NCBI GenBank assembly: GCA_964404795.1
Contig: CAYOLI010000001.1
Location: 140,137 to 204,136 of the forward strand
Source: an uncultured Candidatus Saccharibacteria bacterium
GTDB taxonomy: Bacteria > Patescibacteriota > Saccharimonadia > Saccharimonadales > 2-12-FULL-41-12
Direction of reading: 5' to 3'
DNA length: 64,000 bases
Position numbers and translations under genes: made by a program. This document shows, one piece after another, positions 28,991-39,481 of this stretch (the first letter of the stretch is position 1; each line of letters opens with the position of its first letter). The notes beneath the pieces were generated by a model. That model was not told where the DNA came from. It made no database searches and worked only from the letters and a program-made list of their open reading frames with translations.

Positions 28991-29956
28991 ATGATTTTGT
29001 GGGTAATTTTTGTTGTAGTTACGATAGCATGTATATCTTTGGCTAGGATGAGGATTGTCTTTACTGTTGACCCTTCTAAATTGCCGACTGTAGATGAAAA
29101 TACTAATAGTAACGTCTTGATGGCTAATAAGTATAAAAGTAGTGCCTATCTTCTCGGTTGGATGGCTGTTGTTTTGTTGTTTTCTGGAAGTATTTTATTG
29201 TCAAGCAAGGTTCTGTCAGAAACGTGGATGTACATATTTACCGCAATTACTTCGCTGATTGTTTTTGTGTTTGCTGGGCAAATAAAATTGTCGGGATTTT
29301 CTATGAGATTAGCAGGGATTTGTGCCCCGAAATTAGTAAAAACGTTGAAATTATTTCACCCTGTGGCTAAAGAAGTCGATAAAATGTTTGCCGGCTGGAA
29401 GATGCCAGAAGTAACAAAAGTTATTAGTAAAAAAGAATTACTCGAGCTTTTAAAAGCGAGTCAAGAGGAGGGTGCAATTCGACTTAATGGTGCCAGTGTT
29501 GATGCAATAAAATCACTCCTGGATAAAGACACAAAGATTAGCCAAATAATGATAAATTTGGACTCGGCAAGGGTTGTTAGTTCTAGCGAAGCAATTGGTC
29601 CGATATTGATTGATGAGCTTCATAAAACCAATCAGCAGTGGTTTCCAGTTAAAGAGGGACGCACAAAACAGATAATTGGCGTTTTTAATCTTAAAAATCT
29701 ACTTGATTACAAGGAGGGTGGGGCAGTGTCTGATGTAGTAGATCCTAGAATGTTCTATGTTAAAGACAACCAGTCGCTTTGGACGGTTTTGGATGCTTTT
29801 ATTAAGACCCAGGCCCTGATATTTTTTGTATTGGACGAGAAAAGTCGTATTTTGGGATTTGTTTCACTTGAAGATGTTCTGTTGTCGCTATTATCAGATA
29901 AATTCATTTCCGATAATGACTCGTATGATGATGCTGATCAGATTGCGTTATACTAG
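28991..29956 (+). CDS. Membrane protein with a C-terminal CBS-pair-like region
   Basis: 3-4 TM segments, then a ~150 aa region with CBS-like spacing (ImI.......V......I). Confidence 0.45.
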   Translation: MILWVIFVVVTIACISLARMRIVFTVDPSKLPTVDENTNSNVLMANKYKSSAYLLGWMAVVLLFSGSILLSSKVLSETWMYIFTAITSLIVFVFAGQIKLSGFSMRLAGICAPKLVKTLKLFHPVAKEVDKMFAGWKMPEVTKVISKKELLELLKASQEEGAIRLNGASVDAIKSLLDKDTKISQIMINLDSARVVSSSEAIGPILIDELHKTNQQWFPVKEGRTKQIIGVFNLKNLLDYKEGGAVSDVVDPRMFYVKDNQSLWTVLDAFIKTQALIFFVLDEKSRILGFVSLEDVLLSLLSDKFISDNDSYDDADQIALY

Positions 29957-30009
29957 TTATGCTAAAGCTGTTATAATAAATTAGATATAATTAATAACCA
30001 TCACTTGTT

Positions 30010-32079
30010 ATGGCAAACAAAAATAAAAAAAATGATTCCGATCCATTGTTAGGACCAACGGTTGACCCAAAGACCGAGGAAAAGATTGATGCAATGTTGA
30101 GCTTGGAAGACCTACCGGAAACGACCAAGAAAAAAGAGCTCGAACAGATGCAAGCAACCAGCCCAGCTAGTGCCCCGTTAATCCCAAATGATAAACTGCC
30201 CAATTTTGAAGATAAAAGTCAGAATATTAGTGTAGATGAACCAATCGAGTCACCAGAAGAAATTTCACCAGACCCAGTAGTTGCTACTGAGTCGCAGTTA
30301 GATAAAGCAGATGTAGTTGAAGCGGTAGAGACTGTTGGTGATAAGATGGATCAGTTTGAAGCAGAAGCAAACTCGAAGTTAGATGATCCAGCAACCGATA
30401 AGGCAGTTGACGACATACTAATCAAAGAGTCGGATGAACTACTATCTGCTCATGACCACAAAGTAACTCAAGCGTCTGCGCTAAACGACAAAGTGTCTAT
30501 AAAACAAAAAATAGTTAACTTTTTTCGTGCTTGGTGGGGCAATACTTTAGCCCGTCGCGCAACAATTGCTATGCTACTGCTAGCGATTGTGGCTGCGGTT
30601 GCCACACCTAATTCTAGATATTTTATTCTTAATTCTTTTGGCGTTCGTAGTTCTAGCTCGGTTATAATTCTTGACCAAAAATCGACACAACCACTAAAAA
30701 ATGTCGAAGTGCGAATAGCCAATCAGCAAGCAAGGACCGATATAGAGGGGAAGGTTACGCTAACAGGGCTAAAATTGGGAAATCAGACATTAACAATCAA
30801 AAAACCAGCTTTTGCTGATGTTGAAAAGAAAATCACCCTTGGTTGGGGCAGTAACCCTCTGGGAGAAATAACACTAACACCTGTCGGTAGCCAGTATACG
30901 TTTAAATTGAGCGACTTTGTATCTGATAAGCCAATAAAAAGAGCCGAGGCGACCAGTAACGAAGCAAGTGCGGTCTCTAACGAAAATGGTGAAATTATTT
31001 TGACCATGCCAAATTCCAAAGATACGCAGTTTGAAGTAAGTATTTCGGCCGAAAATTATCGTACAGAGAAGATAACTCTGGAGGTAGCAAATAAGCAACT
31101 GAAAGAGATAAAAATGGTCCCAGCACACAAGCTGGCTTTTGTGTCGAAGCGTAGTGGCAAGTATGATTTGTACAAAATCGATGTAGATGGCAAAAACGAA
31201 CAAAAAATACTTGCTGGCACAGGTACAGAACGCGAAGACTCGATGGCCATTGTGCCACATTTAACCAAGAACATTGTTGCTTTTGTGTCTAGCCGAGGAA
31301 ATACTCGTAATCAGGATGGATACGTGTTAAATTCGTTAAATATCATCGATTTAGACACCAACGAGGTAAAGAAAATTGCTGATTCGGAGCGTATTCAGAT
31401 TATTGGATGGCAAGATAACCGATTAGTTTTTGTGAAAGTTGCTCAGGGAGCAAGTGCCGCAAGTAGCGACAGGCACAAACTGGTTTCGTATGATCTGGAG
31501 AAAGACGAATCCAAAGAACTGGCGAGTACCAACTATTTTAACGATGTGATGCTTGTTCGAGGAACGGTATATTACAGCCCGGCGCTTTATAAGGTTAATG
31601 GTCCAGTTGGTCTGTTTAAAGTTAATGCCGATGGCAGCAACAAGCAAACAATTTCTGATAAAGAAGTATGGAACCTATTTAGAACTAGTTATGACAATAT
31701 TGCTGCATCGGTTGGGCAGGATTGGTACGACTACAAAATATCTGATAATAAATTCACACATGCCAATAACCCCCCTGCGCAGCTAAAATCAAGAGTATAT
31801 ACAGATGGACCAAGCAATAAGCTGGCGCTTTGGACAGAAGATAGGGATGGCAAGGGGGTACTACTTTCTTACGACATAAGTGCCAATAAAGACGATGTAT
31901 TGTTTAGCCGAAGTGGGCTGAAAGGACCCTTGCAGTGGCTTGATAACGATCACGTTGTATTTAGAGTATCTAACGAACAAGAATCGGCCGATTACGTAAT
32001 GAGTTTGGCGGGCGGAGAGCCGAAAAAGGTTGCTAATGTAACAAATATTGCTGGGCTTGATCGTTGGTATTATTACTAA
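30010..32079 (+). CDS. Membrane-anchored protein: acidic N-terminus, Ig-like/CarboxypepD_reg-like modules, TolB-like PD40 propeller
   Basis: One TM (IAMLLLAIVAAVA). LKNVEVRIANQQARTDIEGKVTL resembles CarboxypepD_reg. The C-terminal part has repeated ...SG.YDLY..D.DG.N...L patterns. Confidence 0.5.
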   Translation: MANKNKKNDSDPLLGPTVDPKTEEKIDAMLSLEDLPETTKKKELEQMQATSPASAPLIPNDKLPNFEDKSQNISVDEPIESPEEISPDPVVATESQLDKADVVEAVETVGDKMDQFEAEANSKLDDPATDKAVDDILIKESDELLSAHDHKVTQASALNDKVSIKQKIVNFFRAWWGNTLARRATIAMLLLAIVAAVATPNSRYFILNSFGVRSSSSVIILDQKSTQPLKNVEVRIANQQARTDIEGKVTLTGLKLGNQTLTIKKPAFADVEKKITLGWGSNPLGEITLTPVGSQYTFKLSDFVSDKPIKRAEATSNEASAVSNENGEIILTMPNSKDTQFEVSISAENYRTEKITLEVANKQLKEIKMVPAHKLAFVSKRSGKYDLYKIDVDGKNEQKILAGTGTEREDSMAIVPHLTKNIVAFVSSRGNTRNQDGYVLNSLNIIDLDTNEVKKIADSERIQIIGWQDNRLVFVKVAQGASAASSDRHKLVSYDLEKDESKELASTNYFNDVMLVRGTVYYSPALYKVNGPVGLFKVNADGSNKQTISDKEVWNLFRTSYDNIAASVGQDWYDYKISDNKFTHANNPPAQLKSRVYTDGPSNKLALWTEDRDGKGVLLSYDISANKDDVLFSRSGLKGPLQWLDNDHVVFRVSNEQESADYVMSLAGGEPKKVANVTNIAGLDRWYYY

Positions 32080-32084
32080 CAGTA

Positions 32085-32483
32085 TTACACCTGATTAAGC
32101 TGCGAATACACAGCTAGTCCAATTAGCCCAATACAAATTATTATAGCTATTATGATTGCAACAATTGAGGTGTGTGATTTTGGCTTGTTGTGTACTGAGC
32201 GGTCAACATCTGACTTATCTGGTGTCTGATCCTTTTTTTGTTGGTCTAGATTTTTTTCTGGCTGGGGTTGTTTTTTTGGTGCTTCGGGGGAATCATTAGT
32301 GTTTGGCGTTGATTTGTCGTGTTGGTTTTTGTCGTCTGGAGCTACTGTTGGTTTTGGAGTCGTGACATCCATTGCTTTACCTTCGGATGCTAATACCGAT
32401 TGAAGATTATCTTTCGGTGCATCGGCCACGGAAAGCGGAGGAACTTCTTTGTTTATTTCTTGTGGAGTATTTGGTTGGTTCAT
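32085..32483 (-). CDS. Low-complexity Pro/Lys/Asp-rich protein with a C-terminal TM anchor
   Basis: Composition plus the terminal hydrophobic stretch IVAIIIAIIICIGLIGLAVY. Confidence 0.4.
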   Translation of the reverse strand: MNQPNTPQEINKEVPPLSVADAPKDNLQSVLASEGKAMDVTTPKPTVAPDDKNQHDKSTPNTNDSPEAPKKQPQPEKNLDQQKKDQTPDKSDVDRSVHNKPKSHTSIVAIIIAIIICIGLIGLAVYSQLNQV

Positions 32484-32486
32484 TTA

Positions 32487-33371
32487 TTATTTTTTCCTTC
32501 CATTTGAGCTGAGCGTATTAGTGGTAGGCAACTTGAGTTTATTAGAGCGAAATGCAATTAGTAATCTTTTGTAAAATTCGTCTTGGACTTCCCACTGATC
32601 GTTTGCTGTTGCTTGTCCTAGCACTTTAATCTCGACACCCTTTTCAGAAAAACGTACTACGCGCTTAAAATATGGTGGTATCTTAATCTTGTTTTTTATG
32701 CTTGGATCTATGGACATCTCTTCTCCTACATGATTGATAATGTGTTCTACTCGTCTGATATCTATCGACTCATCAAGAATTAAGTTTTCATTGATGCCGC
32801 CATAACCCATTGTCATATTAGCTGTGATTATGATGCTCCCATTTGGTATATGGTATAAGTTGCCTCCAAGGTCACGCAAAACGGTAGTGCGGATAGTTAG
32901 TGCCTCGACGCGACCCTCTATGTCGTTAAGTCGAACTATATCACCAACCCTATATTGGTTGTCAGCAATGATAAATATACCACTAGTAAAATCTTTGATT
33001 AAGCTCTGCGCCCCAAAGCCCAAGGCAATACCTAGTATTCCGGCACTTGCCAGCAGTGGCCCGGTATTGACTCCTAGCTCACTGACAATCATTAACCCAA
33101 TAATTAGAAAGACCCCAAGTTTTACGCCACCGTTAATGAGGTTGTCTAGCGTTTTTATTCGTTTATCTCGGTCGGATTTGGTTGGGTATAGGTCGTTTCT
33201 AATCGTGCGACGAACAATTCGACTCAGTGTTTTTGCGCCGTAGCGGTAAATAAACCACCCAATGAAGAGTAATATCAGTACTCTAACACCGCTTGTTACT
33301 AACCAAGTGCCTACTTTTGTGAGGGTACGTTGATATTCGTCATTAAGCGTAAATAAGAATAGCTGTTCCAT
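32487..33371 (-). CDS. MscS-family mechanosensitive channel
   Basis: GAQSLIKDFTSGIFII..N.YRVGD.V......G.VE..T.R.T..R. Start placed at ATG 33371 (MEQLF). Confidence 0.85.
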   Translation of the reverse strand: MEQLFLFTLNDEYQRTLTKVGTWLVTSGVRVLILLFIGWFIYRYGAKTLSRIVRRTIRNDLYPTKSDRDKRIKTLDNLINGGVKLGVFLIIGLMIVSELGVNTGPLLASAGILGIALGFGAQSLIKDFTSGIFIIADNQYRVGDIVRLNDIEGRVEALTIRTTVLRDLGGNLYHIPNGSIIITANMTMGYGGINENLILDESIDIRRVEHIINHVGEEMSIDPSIKNKIKIPPYFKRVVRFSEKGVEIKVLGQATANDQWEVQDEFYKRLLIAFRSNKLKLPTTNTLSSNGRKK

Positions 33372-33417
33372 CTTTGTTAATAGTATAATATGAGCTTGGC
33401 AAACAGGATAGGTGCTT

Positions 33418-33999
33418 ATGCTTAAATTCGATAAAAATTGTACTTTGGCTCTCCAAAAAGGAGAGGTAGTCATTATACCAACCGATACAGTTTACGGGAT
33501 TTGTGCGAGGGCGTTAGATAAAGAAGCAGTCAAAAAACTATATGCCATAAAAAATAGAACAAATAAGCCCGGTACCGTGATAGCAAACTCGCTGGACCAG
33601 CTAGTCGAAGCAGGGTTTAAAAGACGGTATCTGAAAAATATTGAATACCTGTGGCCTAACTCGATTAGTGTTGTGATTCCTACTGAAGTTGACCAAAAAT
33701 ACTTAGATTTGGGCAAAGGGTCTATTGCAGTTCGGGTGGTTGGGGATTTGGGGCTGGTAAACTTACTGAGTAAAACCGGCCCACTGCTAACAACAAGTGC
33801 GAATTTGCCAACAGAAAAGACAGTTACCACTATTAGACAAGCCAGGCAAATATTTGGCGAAGGCATATCCTATTATTGTGAAGGAGGGCTGCTAGATGGT
33901 AAGCCCTCGACAATAGTTAGAGTGATTGACGACAACATAGTTGTAGTTAGGGCGGGCGCAGTCAAAATTGATGAGAGAGGGGCGATTCTAAGCACTTGA
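33418..33999 (+). CDS. tsaC: L-threonylcarbamoyladenylate synthase (TsaC/YrdC)
   Basis: IIPTDTVYGICA, KNRTNKPGTV and LLTTSAN motifs. An alternative GTG start lies at 33412. Confidence 0.8.
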   Translation: MLKFDKNCTLALQKGEVVIIPTDTVYGICARALDKEAVKKLYAIKNRTNKPGTVIANSLDQLVEAGFKRRYLKNIEYLWPNSISVVIPTEVDQKYLDLGKGSIAVRVVGDLGLVNLLSKTGPLLTTSANLPTEKTVTTIRQARQIFGEGISYYCEGGLLDGKPSTIVRVIDDNIVVVRAGAVKIDERGAILST

Positions 34000-34019
34000 T
34001 ATGTACAAATAAAATCAAG

Positions 34020-35291
34020 CTAGGATAGTTTTTTTCTGATCCATTCGTCTAAGCTGCCACCACCTCCTCCAGAAATACAAACAACGATGTCTCCTTTCTC
34101 TTGATGTTTTTTGATAGCGCCGAATAGCTGGTCGTCTAACTCACTGGCCGTAGCTATCTGTTTGTTGCCCATATATTGCATTAGTTCGTCCGGGGTGAGT
34201 ACGTGTTGATTGGGGTCTTCGCGTGTTAAATAACTAGGTACCCAATAGAGTTTATCTACGCCAGTAAATAGGTCTTTATAAACCTCCTTGATAAAGTACT
34301 GTCGTTTGTTGGTGAGGGGCTCATAAACTACAACTAATTTTTTTGACAGTTCGTGCGCCATTTCTAAACATCCCAAAATCTTTTCTGGAGTATGAGCATA
34401 ATCTGTGTAAATATTGTCTGCTAATTTTTCGAAACGACGAGAAACGCCTGGAAAGGTATTTATTATATCAACCAGTGAATTGTTGGGTCGTTTATAGATT
34501 TGGCTTACTCCATTAATCGCTAACGTCGCATTTTGTCTATTGACTAACCCAGCTAACTTAATACTCGGCATTACCCCCTGGACTTGATGTAAAAAGTCGC
34601 TATCTGTTAGTTGTAGTTTTTCTTTGTCTTCTGCCCATAAAACGACCGAGCTGCTCTGATTTATAAAATCCAAAAAAGCCGAGAGATAATCTTGCTCGGT
34701 AGGGAAAATATCGTGGTGATCGTACGCGATGCCTGTGATGATACTCACGTATGGGTTGAAGGCCAAAAAATTTCTGTCGTATTCGTCGCATTCATAAATA
34801 AAATATTCACTGGCAGGGTGAAAGTAGCCCATCTCGCCGAATGAGATTTTTGCCCCAACCGAGTAGCTAACAGGAATTTTCAATTGTAAAAAGAGCCAAA
34901 TAACCATTGCCGTTGTAGTAGTTTTTCCGTGTGTCCCCGCAATCGCAATTAGTTTTAGATTATTGTCGGTGATGATTTTATTAAGTAACTCGTCTCTTTT
35001 GCTTGTATGAATACCGTTTTTTTTAGCAAATACTAATTCTGGATGATTTGGGTTTTCTATGCTAACCGCCGAAGAGTGAACTAACCAATCGATTGGATGA
35101 TTTTTGTGGACTGCCGAAATGCTTGTTTCGTTTTGGTCAAGTGAAATATTTTCTATTCCACGACTCTTTAGATAATCAATGTAGCTTGAGCCGTGTTTGT
35201 CTGACCCAGAAACGGTGTAGCCGGCTTGGTGGGCAATTAAAGCCAGGGGTCCAATTGCTGTTCCGCCAATTCCAGAAAAATAGATATGCAT
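34020..35291 (-). CDS. Mur ligase family protein (MurC/Mpl-like)
   Basis: IYFSGIGGTAIGPLA N-terminal domain and AIAGTHGKTTTT P-loop. It is shorter than typical MurC. Confidence 0.7.
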   Translation of the reverse strand: MHIYFSGIGGTAIGPLALIAHQAGYTVSGSDKHGSSYIDYLKSRGIENISLDQNETSISAVHKNHPIDWLVHSSAVSIENPNHPELVFAKKNGIHTSKRDELLNKIITDNNLKLIAIAGTHGKTTTTAMVIWLFLQLKIPVSYSVGAKISFGEMGYFHPASEYFIYECDEYDRNFLAFNPYVSIITGIAYDHHDIFPTEQDYLSAFLDFINQSSSVVLWAEDKEKLQLTDSDFLHQVQGVMPSIKLAGLVNRQNATLAINGVSQIYKRPNNSLVDIINTFPGVSRRFEKLADNIYTDYAHTPEKILGCLEMAHELSKKLVVVYEPLTNKRQYFIKEVYKDLFTGVDKLYWVPSYLTREDPNQHVLTPDELMQYMGNKQIATASELDDQLFGAIKKHQEKGDIVVCISGGGGGSLDEWIRKKLS

Positions 35292-35321
35292 CTTATTTAG
35301 TTTAATCTAAAACGGTATTGT

Positions 35322-35942
35322 ATGTACAATATGCTTATGAATAAAAGTTCGTATAGAAAAATGCGTAATAGATTTTCGATTATTCCTGCAAAATATTTTT
35401 TGTTAGCAGGGGTGCTTTGTTTAGTGCTTGGCATTTATGGCCTAAGAAATAACAATTTGCGAATGGTCGAACTGCGCAACCAGGTAATTACAGCTGACGA
35501 GAACAATGGCGATGTGGAAACACCGCTAAATAACCTTAGAGAATATGTGTATACGCATATGAATACTAATTTATCGGGTGGGTCTAATTCAATTAAGCCC
35601 CCAATCCAATTAAAGGGTCGATATGACAGGTTGATGGCCGATGAAATAGTTCGTGAAAAGGCACAAAATGACCAAATTCAAGCCCAAGCAGAAAGAATTT
35701 GTACCGCACAGTTTCCGGCAGCTGGATTTAATAGCCCAAGAGTAGCTTGTGTGCAAGATTATGTAGCTAAAAATGCGGTTAAATCAAGCGAAGTTTCTGC
35801 AGATCTGTACAAATTCGACTTTGTCAGTCCTCGTTGGTCGCCAGATCTAGCTGGATTTAGTTTGTTATTTAGTATCTTATTCTTTATTCTGTTTGCTCTT
35901 AGGTTTTTGGTTGAGCGTTGGCTGGCACCAAATAGAAGCTAA
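35322..35942 (+). CDS. Hypothetical bitopic membrane protein
   Basis: TM segments near both ends. No recognised motif. Confidence 0.4.
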   Translation: MYNMLMNKSSYRKMRNRFSIIPAKYFLLAGVLCLVLGIYGLRNNNLRMVELRNQVITADENNGDVETPLNNLREYVYTHMNTNLSGGSNSIKPPIQLKGRYDRLMADEIVREKAQNDQIQAQAERICTAQFPAAGFNSPRVACVQDYVAKNAVKSSEVSADLYKFDFVSPRWSPDLAGFSLLFSILFFILFALRFLVERWLAPNRS

Positions 35943-36006
35943 ACTTGTCGCATGCATCTTGATTTAGATAACGCAACAAGTTTAGCTTGAAATCTAGATA
36001 AGTTAT

Positions 36007-36711
36007 TTATCGAGTAGGTGCTGGGGTAGTTGGTGTAGGGGCGTTTGTGGCTGGCTTGTTCTCGCTATTAGTAGGAGCGGCACTTGGAGTAGTGTTGGCG
36101 CTAGTAGTACCGTTAGGAGTTTTATCATTTGGCGCAGGATTATTGGAACTGCTAGGTGGTGTATTTTGTTGCTCACAATTTTGACCATTTGGATTGGCCT
36201 TAATGTATTCTGCTACGGCTTTAGCCACTTGGCCATTGTCTTTTAGGTTTTCCCAAAAAGTAATTTGATCTCGGTTTATCATCATTACATCTTTTGGTCC
36301 GTGAAGTTCACAACCGAGTTTGGCCAGAGAAACATCATTTTGATTAACTTGTTGTCCTGGTTGTACCTGTTGGTTAACTCGTAAGTAATATATGTCGTTT
36401 AATTTGACATAAGAACTGTTCATGTAGGCGATACGTCCAAAATACACCTGACCGTTGTTTAGGAATATTGCTTGCATCGATTTTTTGTCGACGTTTTGAC
36501 CTTCTTCGCCACTTTTAGCAAAAGTTACTAAAAATGCTACGATGAGAGCCGCAACAAGGAAAAGAATAAAGTAAAGAAGTCCGGTTTTACGGCTGGGTTT
36601 CTTAAATTTGATTTTCTTATTTTTCTTTGGCTCATTATTGTTAACAGCAGTTGGTACGCCTGATGGTTGGTCTGGCGTAAATGGGCGTGCATTACGATTG
36701 GTAAAATCCAT
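36007..36711 (-). CDS. Hypothetical membrane-anchored protein with a Pro/Thr/Asn-rich tail
   Basis: Basic N-terminus, one TM, a globular region and a low-complexity C-terminus. Confidence 0.4.
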   Translation of the reverse strand: MDFTNRNARPFTPDQPSGVPTAVNNNEPKKNKKIKFKKPSRKTGLLYFILFLVAALIVAFLVTFAKSGEEGQNVDKKSMQAIFLNNGQVYFGRIAYMNSSYVKLNDIYYLRVNQQVQPGQQVNQNDVSLAKLGCELHGPKDVMMINRDQITFWENLKDNGQVAKAVAEYIKANPNGQNCEQQNTPPSSSNNPAPNDKTPNGTTSANTTPSAAPTNSENKPATNAPTPTTPAPTR

Positions 36712-36889
36712 ATATAAAATAACCTCTTGATTTATGTTAAGTGTTCAAGAAGTAGTGTAATACATAAGCGTGTTAATTTGCAATATGACCGATAGATATA
36801 AATGTTGTTATTATTAAAAGGTGTTGACAAGGGAAAACTCTTGGGAGTATGGTATTGATACCACTAGTTAATCTAACAAGGGAGATGTG

Positions 36890-37087
36890 ATGGCATACAA
36901 GCACACAAATAGTAAGGGTGTAACATATTATCTAAACTCAAAGGACGTAGTCTTGCGAGGTGGTAAGAAGCAGACAATTTACTACTTTAGTAAAGACGAG
37001 CGAAAAGATACTGCTACCGAGCTTCCAAGCGGTTTTAGCGTGAACGAAAATCCACGAAACGGTTTTCTTACCGTTAAGCGTGGCTAA
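36890..37087 (+). CDS. Small basic hypothetical protein (65 aa)
   Basis: AAGGGAG lies 5 nt upstream of ATG 36890. A strong terminator follows the gene. Confidence 0.45.
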   Translation: MAYKHTNSKGVTYYLNSKDVVLRGGKKQTIYYFSKDERKDTATELPSGFSVNENPRNGFLTVKRG

Positions 37088-37112
37088 ATATTTAAGTAGC
37101 TAACAATTATTA

Positions 37113-37153
37113 ATACTCCCGGAAAGAGGCGACTCGAATGGGAGTATTTTTTT
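37113..37153 (+). terminator. Rho-independent terminator
   Basis: atactccc...gggagtat forms an 8-bp stem and is followed by a T6-7 run. Confidence 0.6.
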
Positions 37154-37170
37154 GCTACAATAAACAAGCC

Positions 37171-37929
37171 ATGAAAGAGTCACTAGTAATCGTAAATAAA
37201 TTGGTCAAAAAATATGGACCAAAAACGGCAGTTAATAAAATTAGTTTCAAGGTCGGCCGTGGTGAGATTTTTGGCATACTAGGGCCAAATGGGGCGGGCA
37301 AAACTACAACTCTGGAGATGATGGAAACGCTTAGGGGTATTGATGGAGGATCGGTTAGTATTGATGGCATCGATGTTGCAACAAATCCGCAATATATCAA
37401 ATCCATTATCGGAGTTCAGCCACAATCATCTTCTTTCGAGGAAAAAACCAAGTTATTTGAACTTATTCAATTTTTCGCTTCAACTTATGGGGAGAAAGTT
37501 AATGCTGTAGAGCTACTAGACAAAGTGCAACTTTCTGAATACGCCAAAAGTTATCCAGAACAATTATCTGGCGGACAAAGGCAACGCTTTTCAATTGCTG
37601 TGGCGCTGGTTCATAATCCAAAAGTATTTTTTTTGGATGAGCCGACAACAGGTCTTGATCCGCAGGCCAGACGTAATTTGTGGGACTTGATAAACCAGAT
37701 TAGAAAAAGTGGAGTAACTGTGATTATGACAACCCATTATATGGATGAGGCAGAACTGCTGTGCGATAGAGTGGCGGTGATGGATGAGGGTAAAATTGTT
37801 GCTCTGGATAGCCCAAAAAATCTGATAAAAGGATTACTAAAAAAAGGGTTCAAAAAAGAACAGCATGTCGAGCAGGCAAATTTGGAAGATGTGTTTATTG
37901 ATCTAACAGGCAAGGCGCTTCGAGAATAG
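37171..37929 (+). CDS. ABC transporter ATP-binding protein (ABC-2 subfamily)
   Basis: GPNGAGKTTT, LSGGQRQR and FFLDEPT motifs. Start at ATG 37171, because the upstream part of the ORF lies in the terminator. Confidence 0.9.
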   Translation: MKESLVIVNKLVKKYGPKTAVNKISFKVGRGEIFGILGPNGAGKTTTLEMMETLRGIDGGSVSIDGIDVATNPQYIKSIIGVQPQSSSFEEKTKLFELIQFFASTYGEKVNAVELLDKVQLSEYAKSYPEQLSGGQRQRFSIAVALVHNPKVFFLDEPTTGLDPQARRNLWDLINQIRKSGVTVIMTTHYMDEAELLCDRVAVMDEGKIVALDSPKNLIKGLLKKGFKKEQHVEQANLEDVFIDLTGKALRE

Positions 37930-37932
37930 CTT

Positions 37933-39048
37933 ATGAAGAATAATTTGCGACAGAATTTATTGCCGATAGTAACGTTTGCAAAAGTTGATATTAAACGACT
38001 ATTTAGAGACAAGGTAGCGATTTTTTTTGTTTTCTTTTTCCCTCTGATTTTTTTGGTAGTTTTTGGCAGTATTTTCAAAAATGATTCTGATATGACCTTT
38101 AGGGTAGCGATTATCAATGAGTCATCTCAACCAGTAGCCAAAGATTTTGCGAATCAGCTGGCGAATATTAAATCATTTAAAGTTGATAATTCGGGGCTTA
38201 GTGTAGACCAGGCAAAAACTAAGATGAACAGAGGACAAATCGATGCCACAATACTGCTGCCACCCGAATTTGGAGTAACCGAGAATAATCTACCAAAGGG
38301 CCAGGCGATCGTTTTATATGACCAAAACAACGAGCAGGCCGGTCAAACTCTCGGCACAATACTGCAAGGAATTTTTAAAGATGCTAATGAAAAAGTTGTA
38401 TCATCGCCACAACCTTTTACGGTAATAGCTCGTTCGACTGCCACTAAAGGACTAACACAATTTGACTATATATTTTCTGGCATTTTGGGTTTTACCTTGT
38501 TGTCTCTAGGAATTTTTGGCCCAACCAATGCTTTTCCTAGATTGAAACAAAGAGGTGTTTTACGCCGATATAATACAACCACTCTAAAGGTCTGGCAGTA
38601 TTTTGTGGGCAATGTTCTGTCTAACGCAATTTTAGGTATTATGGCTACTGCTCTTATGTTCACTTTTGCGATTACTGTCTTTGGGCTCTCAATGAGGGGA
38701 AACTATTTGAATTTACTTCTAGTTGTGGTGCTCGGTGCGATATTGCTATTTGGGATCGGCTTAGCAATTGGTGGATGGGCAAAAAACGAAAACCAGGCCG
38801 CTCCTATTGCGCAGATTATTGTTTTGCCGATGATGTTTTTGTCGGGTGTATTTTTTCCGACCTTTTTAATGCCTCAATTTTTGCAAAATATCACCAAGTT
38901 TATACCCTTGACTCCAGTTGTTGATTCTATAAGGTTAATTATTACGGAAAACGCTGGGCTTGCATCGCTAGGACCTCAGCTAGCGATAATGCTGGGTTGG
39001 TTGGTGGTAGTTTACGCGTTAGCTTTTAAAATATTTCGTTGGGAATAG
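37933..39048 (+). CDS. ABC-2 transporter permease
   Basis: TM1, then a ~130 aa outside loop, then 5 TM segments. Coupled to the ATPase by a 3-nt gap. Confidence 0.8.
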   Translation: MKNNLRQNLLPIVTFAKVDIKRLFRDKVAIFFVFFFPLIFLVVFGSIFKNDSDMTFRVAIINESSQPVAKDFANQLANIKSFKVDNSGLSVDQAKTKMNRGQIDATILLPPEFGVTENNLPKGQAIVLYDQNNEQAGQTLGTILQGIFKDANEKVVSSPQPFTVIARSTATKGLTQFDYIFSGILGFTLLSLGIFGPTNAFPRLKQRGVLRRYNTTTLKVWQYFVGNVLSNAILGIMATALMFTFAITVFGLSMRGNYLNLLLVVVLGAILLFGIGLAIGGWAKNENQAAPIAQIIVLPMMFLSGVFFPTFLMPQFLQNITKFIPLTPVVDSIRLIITENAGLASLGPQLAIMLGWLVVVYALAFKIFRWE

Positions 39049-39085
39049 CCCCACTATTTGTGGTCTCTTGATATAATCAAGATAT

Positions 39086-39481
39086 ATGCAACAAGATTCA
39101 ATTTTTACAAAAATCATTAAAGGCGAGCTGCCAGCCAATAAAATATACGAGGACGACAGAACGCTGGCTTTTTTAGATATTTATCCGGTACAGCCGGGAC
39201 ACACACTGGTTGTACCGAAAGTACAGGTAGAGTTTTTGTGGGATCTTGATGACGCAAATTATAACGCCGTTATGGCGACCACAAAGCTAGTGGCTCAGCG
39301 AATTAAAGAAGTTCTTAATCCTGCATTTGTTGGGTCAGAGGTTGTTGGAGTGGATGTTCCTCATGCTCATGTGCATATCATTCCATTTTCGGTGGTTTCT
39401 GAATTTCGAAGTATTCCAGACAGGAGCGTTGACCCAGATTACCAAGCGTTAAAAGAGATGGCAGAAAAACTTAAAATTTGA
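39086..39481 (+). CDS. HIT-family nucleotide hydrolase/transferase
   Basis: Histidine triad HAHVHIIP. Confidence 0.9.
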   Translation: MQQDSIFTKIIKGELPANKIYEDDRTLAFLDIYPVQPGHTLVVPKVQVEFLWDLDDANYNAVMATTKLVAQRIKEVLNPAFVGSEVVGVDVPHAHVHIIPFSVVSEFRSIPDRSVDPDYQALKEMAEKLKI

